NCBI GenBank assembly: GCA_029855935.1
Contig: JAGSHN010000004.1
Coordinates: 1 to 64,000 of the forward strand
Direction of reading: 5' to 3'
DNA length: 64,000 bases
From: Candidatus Thorarchaeota archaeon
GTDB lineage: Archaea > Asgardarchaeota > Thorarchaeia > Thorarchaeales > Thorarchaeaceae
The notes under the pieces: generated by a model
The model's input: only the letters and a program-made list of their open reading frames with translations
The model's database searches: none
What the model was told of the DNA's origin: nothing
Made by a program: the position numbers and the translations under genes
Part shown: positions 9,913-19,044 of the stretch, piece by piece
Numbering within the stretch: position 1 is the first letter of the stretch
Layout: the number at the start of each line of letters is the position of its first letter

Positions 9913-10940
9913 CTGTCGTATGCCTCCCAGTCCTCTGACCACGGGTCGATGGACCTGACTGTGTCCACAACGGTGCGGATGTTGTCCTCGGGCGTGTCTT
10001 GGAAGATGACACAACCGGGCGCCACAATGAGTCTGCGCAGACCTGTTTCGCGCAACACTGAGAGGAGCTGTTCCTCTATCTCCTCCTTGGAGCCATTGCG
10101 CAGAATGCCAGTGTGATCAATTCCGCCAAGGACGGCCAGGTGCATCTGCTGCTTCGCCTCACGGAGACTGGGCGTCGCGCGCTGGTCCTCCCAGTTGATT
10201 GCGCTCACACCTGGGACTCGAGATATCTTGTCCAATCGTACACGTTCACCAGGCTCATGGGCGTGGAGATGGACCACAATGAAGTCAGAGCGATGACGGA
10301 CTCTTGAGATTAGTTTCAGCTGACTTGGCAGGACGAAGCGCTCGTAGAGTTCGGAGGAGATTGACCTGTCCGTTGAGTGTTGTGATGCAATGAACAGTCC
10401 GTCGGCACCAGCGTCGAGCGTGGCCAGCGCAAACTCCGTCATCACCGTCGTTATGACCTCCAGTGCACGCTCCATGAGATCGGGATGCGACTTGAGATAA
10501 TCAACTAGTGGCCCCTGGCATAACTTGTCAGCGACCATCGTGGGATCGAAGATTGTGGCCATTGTGGGAACCGTGTCCTGTGCGTACCGGTGTATCATCT
10601 CGACAGCGCGGACCTGCTCTCCAAACTCGCCAGCGTTCACATCCACTGGCTCTATGGTCTCCCAGTCACTGACATCTCTTACCCTGCACGACTTGCAGAC
10701 TGTAGAGCCGCTGACTGCACCCTCATAGACGGCCTCACAGCCCCAGTCCACGACAGGATAGCGACCGTGAAATGATATCTTGAGCAGGTCGTGTTGAAAC
10801 CTCCTATGAAGGTCTATCTCGGCGGTTGCAAGGCCCTCTGCAGTGCGGTCCCTCTCGGGATGGTGCTGCCACAAGGAGAGAGGTATGTGCTCGGGTAGCT
10901 CTCCCAGCAGCGCCTCTCTGACAAGCTCAAATCGCGTCAT
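9909..10940 (-). CDS. Uroporphyrinogen decarboxylase / MtaA-CmuA family TIM barrel
   Basis: LDAGADGLFIA, VLGGID, LIVAPGC..TPEDNI. Confidence 0.85.
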   Translation of the reverse strand: MTRFELVREALLGELPEHIPLSLWQHHPERDRTAEGLATAEIDLHRRFQHDLLKISFHGRYPVVDWGCEAVYEGAVSGSTVCKSCRVRDVSDWETIEPVDVNAGEFGEQVRAVEMIHRYAQDTVPTMATIFDPTMVADKLCQGPLVDYLKSHPDLMERALEVITTVMTEFALATLDAGADGLFIASQHSTDRSISSELYERFVLPSQLKLISRVRHRSDFIVVHLHAHEPGERVRLDKISRVPGVSAINWEDQRATPSLREAKQQMHLAVLGGIDHTGILRNGSKEEIEEQLLSVLRETGLRRLIVAPGCVIFQDTPEDNIRTVVDTVRSIDPWSEDWEAYDR

Positions 10941-11027
10941 GACATCTAGTCGAGAGCACCTGCGGGATAAAGAGAGTTGCGGAGCAGTCGCCAGCAGGCT
11001 CCCTGATGGAGAAACTCGACAAGAGCG

Positions 11028-12275
11028 TCACTCAAGAATGTCATCAATGATACGACCGAGGCGAGGATCGTCTCTGAACACCTCACCAATCTGTTTCTTG
11101 CCCACGGCAAGACGTATCTTCTTGGTGCGGCCGTACCGACCCTTCGAGATGACCGTCGTATTGATCAGACCCAGCATGTCGAGCTCTGAGATCAGGTCAG
11201 AGACTCGTCGCTGCGTGAGTGTGTCAAGTGATAGTGCCCGGGCCACCTCGGTGTAGACATTGAAGCACTCACCAGTGAAGATGTCCCGCTTGCCCCTCTT
11301 GGTGAGGGCATACACGGCGAAGAGCACGGCCTTGGACTGCATCGGCAGCGTCTTTATCGCCTCTGTCACACTGTCACGTTCGAGTATCTTCTGTGCCTCT
11401 CGGACGTGCTCTTGGGTGACCTTGTCATCACCCCTTCTCTCAGCGAGTTCGCCCGCCGTACGCAGGAGGTCGAGGGCACGACGAGCGTCCCCGTGTTCCT
11501 GTGCTGCCAGTGCCCCCACGAGATTGATGACACCCTCGTCGGCAATCACCCCATCATTGAACGCGAGCGATACACGCTGCTCGAGAATTCCTCGCAGCTC
11601 GACTGCATTATACGGTGGGAAGACCACCTCCTCCTCACCAAGGCTGCTCAGAACACGCGGGTCGAGCATCTCCTTGAACTTAAGGTCGTTACTAATACCG
11701 ATTATCGAGATGCGACTGCGTGTCAACTCCCCATTCATCCGTGTCAGACCATACAGGATGTCGTTGCCCTGACTCACGTCGCGTTTCAGCAGGCTGTCGA
11801 CCTCGTCCAGCACCACGACAAGGATGTTCTCCTCAGAGTCGAGCTTCGTCTTGAGCACCTTGCGGATCTCGTCAGTCGGCAGACCTGTGAACGGCACCTC
11901 CGAGCCGTCCGGCATTCGGGCCCCTATCTGTTCACATAGACTCCGCAGCACCCGGTAGTTCGTACCCACGATCCTGCAATTGACGAAGGCGCTCAATGGC
12001 GGGCGGACACCACTCTCGTTCGCCTTGGACACCAATGCCTTCAGCACGTATTTGGCGACCACCGTCTTTCCCGTCCCAGTCTTTCCGTAGCACAGAATGT
12101 TAGATGGCGGCGCACCACGGAGCGCTGGCCCGAGTATTGATGCGATCCTGCTCATCTGCTCATCACGATACGGGAGCTCGTCTGGGACAAACGTCGGCCT
12201 GAGAGCGTGCCGATTGCGGAATATTGACTGACCCTGAAGGAACTTGTCAAAGAGCTTGTCAAGGGGCTTCTCCAA
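11028..12275 (-). CDS. cdc6: Orc1/Cdc6 replication initiator
   Basis: GKTGTGKT Walker A, VLDEVD Walker B, GDARRALDLL, C-terminal WH GRYGRT. Confidence 0.97.
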   Translation of the reverse strand: MEKPLDKLFDKFLQGQSIFRNRHALRPTFVPDELPYRDEQMSRIASILGPALRGAPPSNILCYGKTGTGKTVVAKYVLKALVSKANESGVRPPLSAFVNCRIVGTNYRVLRSLCEQIGARMPDGSEVPFTGLPTDEIRKVLKTKLDSEENILVVVLDEVDSLLKRDVSQGNDILYGLTRMNGELTRSRISIIGISNDLKFKEMLDPRVLSSLGEEEVVFPPYNAVELRGILEQRVSLAFNDGVIADEGVINLVGALAAQEHGDARRALDLLRTAGELAERRGDDKVTQEHVREAQKILERDSVTEAIKTLPMQSKAVLFAVYALTKRGKRDIFTGECFNVYTEVARALSLDTLTQRRVSDLISELDMLGLINTTVISKGRYGRTKKIRLAVGKKQIGEVFRDDPRLGRIIDDILE

Positions 12276-12467
12276 CTTGAACTCTCAACTCCATCGGAAG
12301 AGAGGGTTGCTTCCAGTGTTTCCTATGGAGCTTGTGGAGCCGGCTCCCGAAATAAAGTCAAGTATTACGAACACCGCGAGGGGAGCTATGATTATTACCG
12401 AGAGGCGGGGGAGGACATGGCAGGCACAGTACGGGGAACTGCCAATCCAACGGAGATGAACTGCCTC
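12276..12467. other. Candidate replication origin (oriC)
   Basis: ORB-like TCCATCGGAAGAGAGGG (12290, +), TCCATAGGAAAC (12318-12329, -), TCCAACGGAGAT (12446, +) upstream of cdc6. Confidence 0.55.
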
Positions 12468-13091
12468 TTGCGACTGCGAGAACTCGAGATGGCCCTTGAG
12501 AGAATCGAACGGAGGGAGCAGAGAGAGATCTCGCTTGAGGACTACCCGACACCAGCCCCCATAGCAGCTGCAATCCTCTACGCTGCAGAGATGGAACATG
12601 GTGACATCCGTGACAAGGTCGTGGTCGACCTCGGATGTGGCGATGGAATATTTGCGATAGGGGCAGCGATGCTGGGGGCCCGAGGGGTGATTGGGATCGA
12701 TGTGCAAAGCAAAGCCTTAAAGGTCTGCCAACGGAATTCAAGACTGCTAGGAACAGATGGCGTGACAGACTGGGTCCTTGGGGAGGTAACTTCTCTCGGA
12801 CTTAGAGATGTAGACACTGTGGTGAGCAATCCTCCCTTCGGGGTCAAGAAACGTGGAGCCGATGTCGCCTTCTTGACCAAGGCCCTGTCCATAGCCAAAG
12901 TGACATATAGCATTCACCTGGCAGGTGAGAAGAATAGAGAGTTCCTCAGGAGGAAGATTGAGGGTCTCGGAGGAAGAGTGACTCAGATCGAGACGTTCGA
13001 GTTTCCAATACCGAGGCTGTTCGAGTTCCACAGGAGAGAGCGACACAGGACGCAAGTGGACCTGTATAGAATAGAGAGTGTCAAGAGGTGA
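12468..13091 (+). CDS. METTL5-family rRNA N6-adenine methyltransferase (TTG start)
   Basis: LEDYPTPAPIAA, DLGCGDG, SNPPFG, FEFHRR. Confidence 0.9.
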   Translation: MRLRELEMALERIERREQREISLEDYPTPAPIAAAILYAAEMEHGDIRDKVVVDLGCGDGIFAIGAAMLGARGVIGIDVQSKALKVCQRNSRLLGTDGVTDWVLGEVTSLGLRDVDTVVSNPPFGVKKRGADVAFLTKALSIAKVTYSIHLAGEKNREFLRRKIEGLGGRVTQIETFEFPIPRLFEFHRRERHRTQVDLYRIESVKR

Positions 13092-13101
13092 GATTCCCAA
13101 G

Positions 13102-13860
13102 ATGGCAAACGTGAAGAGCGGTGACATTGTGGTACCGGGAGATCCTCTGTGTGTGATTGAAGAGTTCACCCCCAGCTTCGGGACCTATGAGGAGAATGGA
13201 GTGGTCTATGCGGCCACCTCCGGTGCCGTCGCTGTGGATGTCAAGAAGCGTGAGATACGGGTGGTGAATCCGGACGGCTCAATCCGACTATCACTCCCGG
13301 TGAAGGGGGATGTCCTGCTCGGAGAGGTCATCAATGTGTATGACCAAAGGGCCGAGGTGACGGTTGTCAAGCGCAATGACACGGACATTCACAATGCGCT
13401 GATAGGAGAGGTGCACATAAGCAATGTCACTCGGCGTTATGTCAAATCGATGTACGATGTGCTGCGCCCCAGTGACATAGTCAGAGCAAGAGCTCTGAAT
13501 ACCCATCAGATTCCCGTGCAGCTGAGTCTTGTCGGCCCCGAGTTCGGGGTCATCTATGCCAAGTGCAGCAAGTGTGGTTACCCGTTGACATACACTGCAC
13601 CAAACAATCTCATCTGTCTGCGATGCGAGAACAGAGAAACTCGCGAGACCGCAAATGACTATGGCCAGAGATTCGGTCTCGAGCCGCGGCCAGACCTTGC
13701 GCCTCGACGGAGAGCCCCTCGTGGACCTCCTAGAGGAAACCGCAGAACCAGGCCAATGGGACGACGAAGACTGCCACCGAGACAACAGCACGATGGACGA
13801 CGTCCACCACGAGGCAGATCAGCAGGACAGAGGACGGGCAGAGGTAGTAGGAGAAGATAA
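13102..13860 (+). CDS. csl4: Exosome RNA-binding subunit Csl4 with Arg/Gly/Pro-rich tail
   Basis: VVPGDPL..EEF..GTYE, S1 domain, GVIYAKCSKCG..CLRCENRETR zinc ribbon. Confidence 0.93.
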   Translation: MANVKSGDIVVPGDPLCVIEEFTPSFGTYEENGVVYAATSGAVAVDVKKREIRVVNPDGSIRLSLPVKGDVLLGEVINVYDQRAEVTVVKRNDTDIHNALIGEVHISNVTRRYVKSMYDVLRPSDIVRARALNTHQIPVQLSLVGPEFGVIYAKCSKCGYPLTYTAPNNLICLRCENRETRETANDYGQRFGLEPRPDLAPRRRAPRGPPRGNRRTRPMGRRRLPPRQQHDGRRPPRGRSAGQRTGRGSRRR

Positions 13861-13862
13861 AG

Positions 13863-14150
13863 ATGGAACCCAAGATCATCGAGAACAGCAGATACGAGAT
13901 CAAGTTTGAGGTAGTAGGGGAGGGTCACTCCTTCTGTAATCTGCTCCGCAAGACGCTCCTTGAGGAGCCAGCGGTGGAGTTCGCCGGATACAGCATTGAC
14001 CATCCACTCCTCTCCAACCCAGTATTCACCCTCAGGACGAAGCGTCGGCAGGCGAATGTCGTTCTGAGAGAGGCACTGGAGAAGATGCTCGCAAGGACCG
14101 AGGAGTTCAGAAAGAAGTTCAAACAGGCAGTCGCTGATAATGAGGTCTGA
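13863..14150 (+). CDS. rpoL: RNA polymerase subunit Rpo11/L
   Basis: GEGHSFCNLLR, VEFAGYSIDHPL. Confidence 0.95.
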   Translation: MEPKIIENSRYEIKFEVVGEGHSFCNLLRKTLLEEPAVEFAGYSIDHPLLSNPVFTLRTKRRQANVVLREALEKMLARTEEFRKKFKQAVADNEV

Positions 14151-14589
14151 GAGTCAGGGTGAGGATGACCCAGTCCCGGCGGACTGGTCAACACTTGTGA
14201 AGTCCAGCTCTGTTCGAGACATCATGGCCGACACCGGCTTGGCACAGATAGGCGACAATCTTGTCAACCTATGCTTCTCGGTGGCCAAGTCGCTTGTCAC
14301 CGGGAGAATGGTGGGCGAAAAGGTCAGCGACAAGGTCTTGGCAAGAGCAATAAGGGCCACACCACTGTATCAGCACGTTGGGCATCGTACTGATGCGGGC
14401 ACGGCGGGCGATGCCTACGAGGCCATAGTCGGTTACCTCTGGCTGACTGGTCGGACGACCGTTGGGGAGATTGTCGAGATTATTGCAAGACATCTCCATA
14501 TCGATGAGAAGATGAACAGAAGACAGCAGGCTGGAGCCGCGGCCGAGGCGCTGCGAAGGCTTGTCGAGACTCTATCGGAGAGGTTGTAG
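14140..14589 (+). CDS. Archaeal ribonuclease III-like protein
   Basis: GLAQIGDNLVN ... GDAYEAIVGYLW; usual neighbour of rpoL/tfs. Confidence 0.8.
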   Translation: MRSESQGEDDPVPADWSTLVKSSSVRDIMADTGLAQIGDNLVNLCFSVAKSLVTGRMVGEKVSDKVLARAIRATPLYQHVGHRTDAGTAGDAYEAIVGYLWLTGRTTVGEIVEIIARHLHIDEKMNRRQQAGAAAEALRRLVETLSERL

Positions 14590-14683
14590 GACATCTGTGC
14601 GGCTCCAAGGCTGTTAGTGCCCTGTCAGAATCCTTAAGTTGGTTGACATTCCGCGGAGAGTCCAACAGATGAGGTACTGAGAG

Positions 14684-15013
14684 ATGGAGTTCTGCGACAA
14701 GTGTGGTGCGATGATGGTCCCCGTCACTCTTGAAGATGGGTCGAGGGTACTCAAGTGTCGTAGCTGTGGCACCATAAAGAAGATCAGTGGTGCAATGAGA
14801 GTTTCGCAGAAGCTGAGAAAGACACCCCGGGACAAGATAGTAGTAGTTGAGGATGAGAGTATCCCCATGCCCGTGACGAAGGCCACCTGTCCAAAGTGTG
14901 GGAATAACGAGGCATATTACTGGACACTGCAGACGCGCCGTGGCGATGAGGGCGCTACAGAGTTCTATAGATGTACAAAGTGCAAGTATACTTGGCGGAA
15001 CTATGGCGGCTAG
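14684..15013 (+). CDS. tfs: Transcription elongation factor TFS
   Basis: FCDKCG, CPKCG, QTRRGDEG acidic hairpin, CTKC. Confidence 0.95.
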   Translation: MEFCDKCGAMMVPVTLEDGSRVLKCRSCGTIKKISGAMRVSQKLRKTPRDKIVVVEDESIPMPVTKATCPKCGNNEAYYWTLQTRRGDEGATEFYRCTKCKYTWRNYGG

Positions 15014-15079
15014 AGCGCCAAGGACGTACAGACTTATTACCAGAGCGCCAGTAACACCTGAGGAGAAGAGGTGCCCACC

Positions 15080-15448
15080 GTGAGCGATGACAGGAAGTAC
15101 AGGCCCCGTCCAGCAGCACCCTTTGTGACCGTCCGCTCTCTGTCAGATGACACATCCGGCCCGGTCCGCATCCTTGGCATAGTAATAGAGTCCAAGCCGG
15201 GAGTGGCAATAGTTCAGGACCTGCTTGATGATGTGGACAGGGCACAGTCGATTCGCGTGATAGTCGAGGGAGAACTTCAAGTCGAACACAAGTACATTGT
15301 GATGGGGGAGGTCACGAGGAAGAAGGGAGAGGATGGAGGCCTCCTGATCAGTGCAATCCTCGCTCACGATGTGAGCGACCTTGACGTGCGGGAGTTCAAA
15401 CGCGCACTGGAGCTCGAGAGAGAAGTGCATGCGTATCTCGTGCGGTGA
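15080..15448 (+). CDS. Replication protein A small subunit (RPA14/Rpa3-like OB fold)
   Basis: RPAAPFVTV..VRILGIVI..VMGEV..HDVSDLD + terminal helix resembles Thermococcales RPA14. Confidence 0.7.
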   Translation: MSDDRKYRPRPAAPFVTVRSLSDDTSGPVRILGIVIESKPGVAIVQDLLDDVDRAQSIRVIVEGELQVEHKYIVMGEVTRKKGEDGGLLISAILAHDVSDLDVREFKRALELEREVHAYLVR

Positions 15449-15660
15449 GTCCGCTGATGCGAAAAGGGGCATGAGCAGATTAAAATGTGTGTTGGGCCGA
15501 AGGTGGGAGCGTTAGACAGTTGGGTTGTTCAAATACATCAGGCCCGACTATCACTTGAACGATACGGATAATGTGATGGAGAATTGCTGTCCAAAACGAC
15601 GGCCCGACGAACAGATGAAAGAACAGAAAAGGAAATGGAGTGCTGACTGGAGGAGCAGAA

Positions 15661-16413
15661 ATGTTTCACGCGACTCTCGATAGTACCAAGACGTGGAAGC
15701 AGATTGTGGATGCGCTGGCAACATTGCTCACGGAGGTTGTCTTCATCATCGATGATAAGGGGATATCGCTGTGCCAGCTTGACTCGTCAAAGGCTGCGAT
15801 GATCGACCTCAGCCTCCCCGCCGGAGTCTTTCAGGAGTATCAGTGTTCCCAGGAGCACGTGGTATGTCTCGACACGGACGAGCTCGTGAAGGTGAGCAAG
15901 AGGATGGCCGGGGACGATCACATAGAGTTCAGCCTTGACGACGATGCACAGAGATTCGAGATAAAGCTGATTGGACAGGCCGAGAGACGGTTCAGTTTTA
16001 TGCTTCTCACGCCTCCAGAGGAACGGCGGTCAAGCAAGCCCATGCCATACGATGTACGTGCAGAGATGTTTACCGATGCGTTCAAGCAGGCCATCAAGGA
16101 CATCAGTGTCATATCTAACCACGTGAGGATTCGCGCCGAGGAGGGCACCCTTGAGTTCAGAGGCGAGGGAAACCTTGGAGAGGCGCATGTCACTCTCAGG
16201 GTTGGAGAAGAGTCGCCACTGTACAGTCTTGAGATTGGCAGACCAGCCACGGCGATGTACTCTATGAGCTATCTTGCAAATATCTCGAAGGCGATGTCAA
16301 GCGACAGCCTCGTGTTACAGTTTGCGACCGACAAGCCGATTCAGATGGAGTTCGGAGTGGCCGAGGGAGGAACTATCAAGTTCATCCTTGCGCCGCGTAT
16401 TGAGAGAAGATAG
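15661..16413 (+). CDS. pcna: PCNA sliding clamp
   Basis: LDSSKAAMIDL..FQEY, MYSMSYL, DKPIQMEF, KFILAPRIE. Confidence 0.95.
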   Translation: MFHATLDSTKTWKQIVDALATLLTEVVFIIDDKGISLCQLDSSKAAMIDLSLPAGVFQEYQCSQEHVVCLDTDELVKVSKRMAGDDHIEFSLDDDAQRFEIKLIGQAERRFSFMLLTPPEERRSSKPMPYDVRAEMFTDAFKQAIKDISVISNHVRIRAEEGTLEFRGEGNLGEAHVTLRVGEESPLYSLEIGRPATAMYSMSYLANISKAMSSDSLVLQFATDKPIQMEFGVAEGGTIKFILAPRIERR

Positions 16414-16549
16414 ACGAATGGCAGGACGCACAACAAGACACATTGAAGGCGAGCCATCAGACTGACGTTTCTGCCAGCGCCATCCATACTCTGACCATCT
16501 GTCCGCAGAGGTAGACAAAGACCGCCCGCAGTAGCAGGAGCCCAAGGCG

Positions 16550-17932
16550 ATGCCCAACCGAGATGTCACAAAGAGGCAGAAGTTCCTACAACTGATGTTC
16601 CACCAGTACTACAAAGAGAACGCGAACACGGTGGACGCTCCCGATCGACTGAACATGCGAGAGTTCGCCTTTGAAACCTGGGAGTACACATGGAGATGTA
16701 CTCAGCGTACCGAAACCGATGAGAATGGACACTCCAGACGGGTGGGCTGCGGCTCAAGGGGGACATCGTTGCAGCGGGTGAGCACCTGCCCCAAGTGCGG
16801 GGCCCGTGGTGTCACCTCTACGAACTGGTTGCGCCATCTCGGATTCCGTACGGCCGATGCCCTCCGGAGAGAACTTGCATCACGTGCCCCCCACAGTGTG
16901 TATCACTCAGCGGCGTTCTACAGAGTGCCCGTCGCACGAAGTATGTACGAGAAGCAGTGGACAGGAGCTGAACTCGTCTTTGACATCGACGCCGACCATC
17001 TAGATTCGCCCTGCACTCACGACCACGACGGCTGGATCTGCGCGAATCCCGAGTGTCAGAGAACGGGTAGAGGAGATCCCCCGGAGATGGGCTGTCCGTC
17101 CTGCGGGCGAATGGACTTCATCACACGAAAATGGCTCTGTGACAGATGCATGGACGATGCAAAACGGCACACTCTAAAGGTCTTTGATGAGTTTCTCGTC
17201 AACGACTTTGGCATTGATAGCGACAGTCTGCAGCTGAACTACAGTGGTCATAGAGGGTATCATATACGCGTACGTGACCCCAGAGCCTTTGCAATCGACT
17301 CCACGGGCCGGGTTGAGATTGCGCAGGCTATTGTCGGAGCAGGTCTGGACGGTGCGCGGGTGATAGGAACCCTTGCGGGCATCCCAAGGGTGCCTCCAAG
17401 GAACGCGGCAGGATGGGGAGGCAGGCTTGCAGATGCGATTCTGGACTTTGTCAGGGATATCGACTCATATGAGGGCAGTCAGAGGTGGATGGCAAGGCTC
17501 AAGCAGCACAGGGAGAGGATTGTGAGAGAGTTGCTCAAAGAACCCCCAAACCTCTGGCGGGGGGCGGGAATTGGCGTGAAGTCCTGGCGGGAGATTGCGG
17601 AGATTGCAGCTACACGATATGGTGGGAAGATTGACATACCGGTCACACATGATGTGCATAGAGTGATAAGGTTGATAGGCAGCATCCACGGCAAGACCGG
17701 ATTCGTGGTCGCAGAACTCAACAGAGAGTCGATTGAGGCGTTCGATCCCTTCGGAAATGCCCTTGCCTTTGACGACAGTGTCCTACGCGTCCACACTCTG
17801 GGTGGTCTACTCGAGGTGCCCAGGTTTAGGATTGGTGACGAGATATATGGGCCGTTTGGCGATGAGGTGGTCGACCTGCCAATGAATGCTGCAATGTTCC
17901 TATTGTGCAAGGGGGCGGCCGTCCTTGAGTGA
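16550..17932 (+). CDS. priS: DNA primase catalytic subunit with two zinc-ribbon inserts
   Basis: REFAF, ELVFDIDAD, YSGHRGYHI, IDIPVT.DVHRVIRL.GSIHGKTG. Confidence 0.95.
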   Translation: MPNRDVTKRQKFLQLMFHQYYKENANTVDAPDRLNMREFAFETWEYTWRCTQRTETDENGHSRRVGCGSRGTSLQRVSTCPKCGARGVTSTNWLRHLGFRTADALRRELASRAPHSVYHSAAFYRVPVARSMYEKQWTGAELVFDIDADHLDSPCTHDHDGWICANPECQRTGRGDPPEMGCPSCGRMDFITRKWLCDRCMDDAKRHTLKVFDEFLVNDFGIDSDSLQLNYSGHRGYHIRVRDPRAFAIDSTGRVEIAQAIVGAGLDGARVIGTLAGIPRVPPRNAAGWGGRLADAILDFVRDIDSYEGSQRWMARLKQHRERIVRELLKEPPNLWRGAGIGVKSWREIAEIAATRYGGKIDIPVTHDVHRVIRLIGSIHGKTGFVVAELNRESIEAFDPFGNALAFDDSVLRVHTLGGLLEVPRFRIGDEIYGPFGDEVVDLPMNAAMFLLCKGAAVLE

Positions 17933-18542
17933 TGAGATGCGCTACGATAGTATTGCGGAGATCTGGGATAAGGAGGTACACTCCGAGGAGCTGCTCGACC
18001 TCGATGACCTCACTGTGGGCAGAATGGCAGAATACCTCCGACAGGTACGCATTGCACTGACCGAGGTGCCCGCGGAGGACACCATTCAGGAGGACCTGTA
18101 CAGACAGGAGATTGAGAACCTAGAGTTCATGATTCGGGACCTATTGACGCTGCGTAGGGACAAGATACTGATGGCGGTGATGGAGGGCAGAGACGTCAAC
18201 GCCGGGATGCTCTTGACGGAGGAGGAGTTCTATGGCAGACTGAAACGTGCCTTTCAGAGCCATACTAAGCTTGTTGAGGACATTCTGATCGGCAGCCACA
18301 TAGCGCAGCCAGAGACGACCGTTGTGGTGGGAGGTGACACGAGCGAGGAAACAGTGGAGCATATTCTGGTCAGGTTCACCAAGACCATTGACACACCGTT
18401 CGTCGGGATTGATGAGAGAGTATATGGCCCGTTCGAGAGAGAGGATGTTGCAGTGATTCCCGCCTTGAATGCACAGCCTTGGTTACGCGATGGCACCGTC
18501 ATCAGGATAGTGCCAGAACGCAGTGAGTCTGGGACGGAGTGA
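17925..18542 (+). CDS. gins51: GINS subunit Gins51
   Basis: LTLRRDKIL A-domain; FVGIDERVYGPF..EDVAVIP.LNA B-domain; follows priS. Confidence 0.88.
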   Translation: MSDEMRYDSIAEIWDKEVHSEELLDLDDLTVGRMAEYLRQVRIALTEVPAEDTIQEDLYRQEIENLEFMIRDLLTLRRDKILMAVMEGRDVNAGMLLTEEEFYGRLKRAFQSHTKLVEDILIGSHIAQPETTVVVGGDTSEETVEHILVRFTKTIDTPFVGIDERVYGPFEREDVAVIPALNAQPWLRDGTVIRIVPERSESGTE

Positions 18543-18865
18543 GCATGATGAAAGATGAACAGGTAGTGGAGGAGCTTGTGAAACTGTTGCGGGAGATCAA
18601 CGAGGCTCAGAAGAGCCTCAATAGCGAGTATCAGCGGCTTGAAGTGGCCATCTCTGGAGTGCTCCGTCTCATCGGCGACCAGGCACAAGTGATAAGGGGG
18701 CTTGGCGGGGACAAAGACCAGCTGAGCAGATACGTCATACGAGAGCTGGCGCGTCTTCGCGATGAGACCGAGAAACGGATGACATCACTGGCCAAGAGTG
18801 TCGTGGCCATCAGAGAGAGTGTTACAAAAACGATAAGTGACGGGCGGGACGAGGAGGGAGTATGA
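18539..18865 (+). CDS. Hypothetical coiled-coil protein
   Basis: 108 aa heptad-rich; 4-nt overlaps on both sides. Confidence 0.7.
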   Translation: MSMMKDEQVVEELVKLLREINEAQKSLNSEYQRLEVAISGVLRLIGDQAQVIRGLGGDKDQLSRYVIRELARLRDETEKRMTSLAKSVVAIRESVTKTISDGRDEEGV

Positions 18866-19044
18866 GCATTCAGAGGGAGCACCTGATATGGGTGGCGTGG
18901 GCAGTCGCAGTTGTGCTTGCGCTCCTTGGCACCACGGCCCCGCCCCTCAAGACGTGGCCGTTGGTCAATGTCGTCCTTATGGAGATCGTCACGATTCTGG
19001 GTCTTACACTGTTGGTGCTGCTGATATACAAGAAGGGGCTCTAG
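18862..19044 (+). CDS. Small two-TM membrane protein
   Basis: 60 aa, two hydrophobic helices, ATGA overlap, GGAGG upstream. Confidence 0.65.
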   Translation: MSIQREHLIWVAWAVAVVLALLGTTAPPLKTWPLVNVVLMEIVTILGLTLLVLLIYKKGL

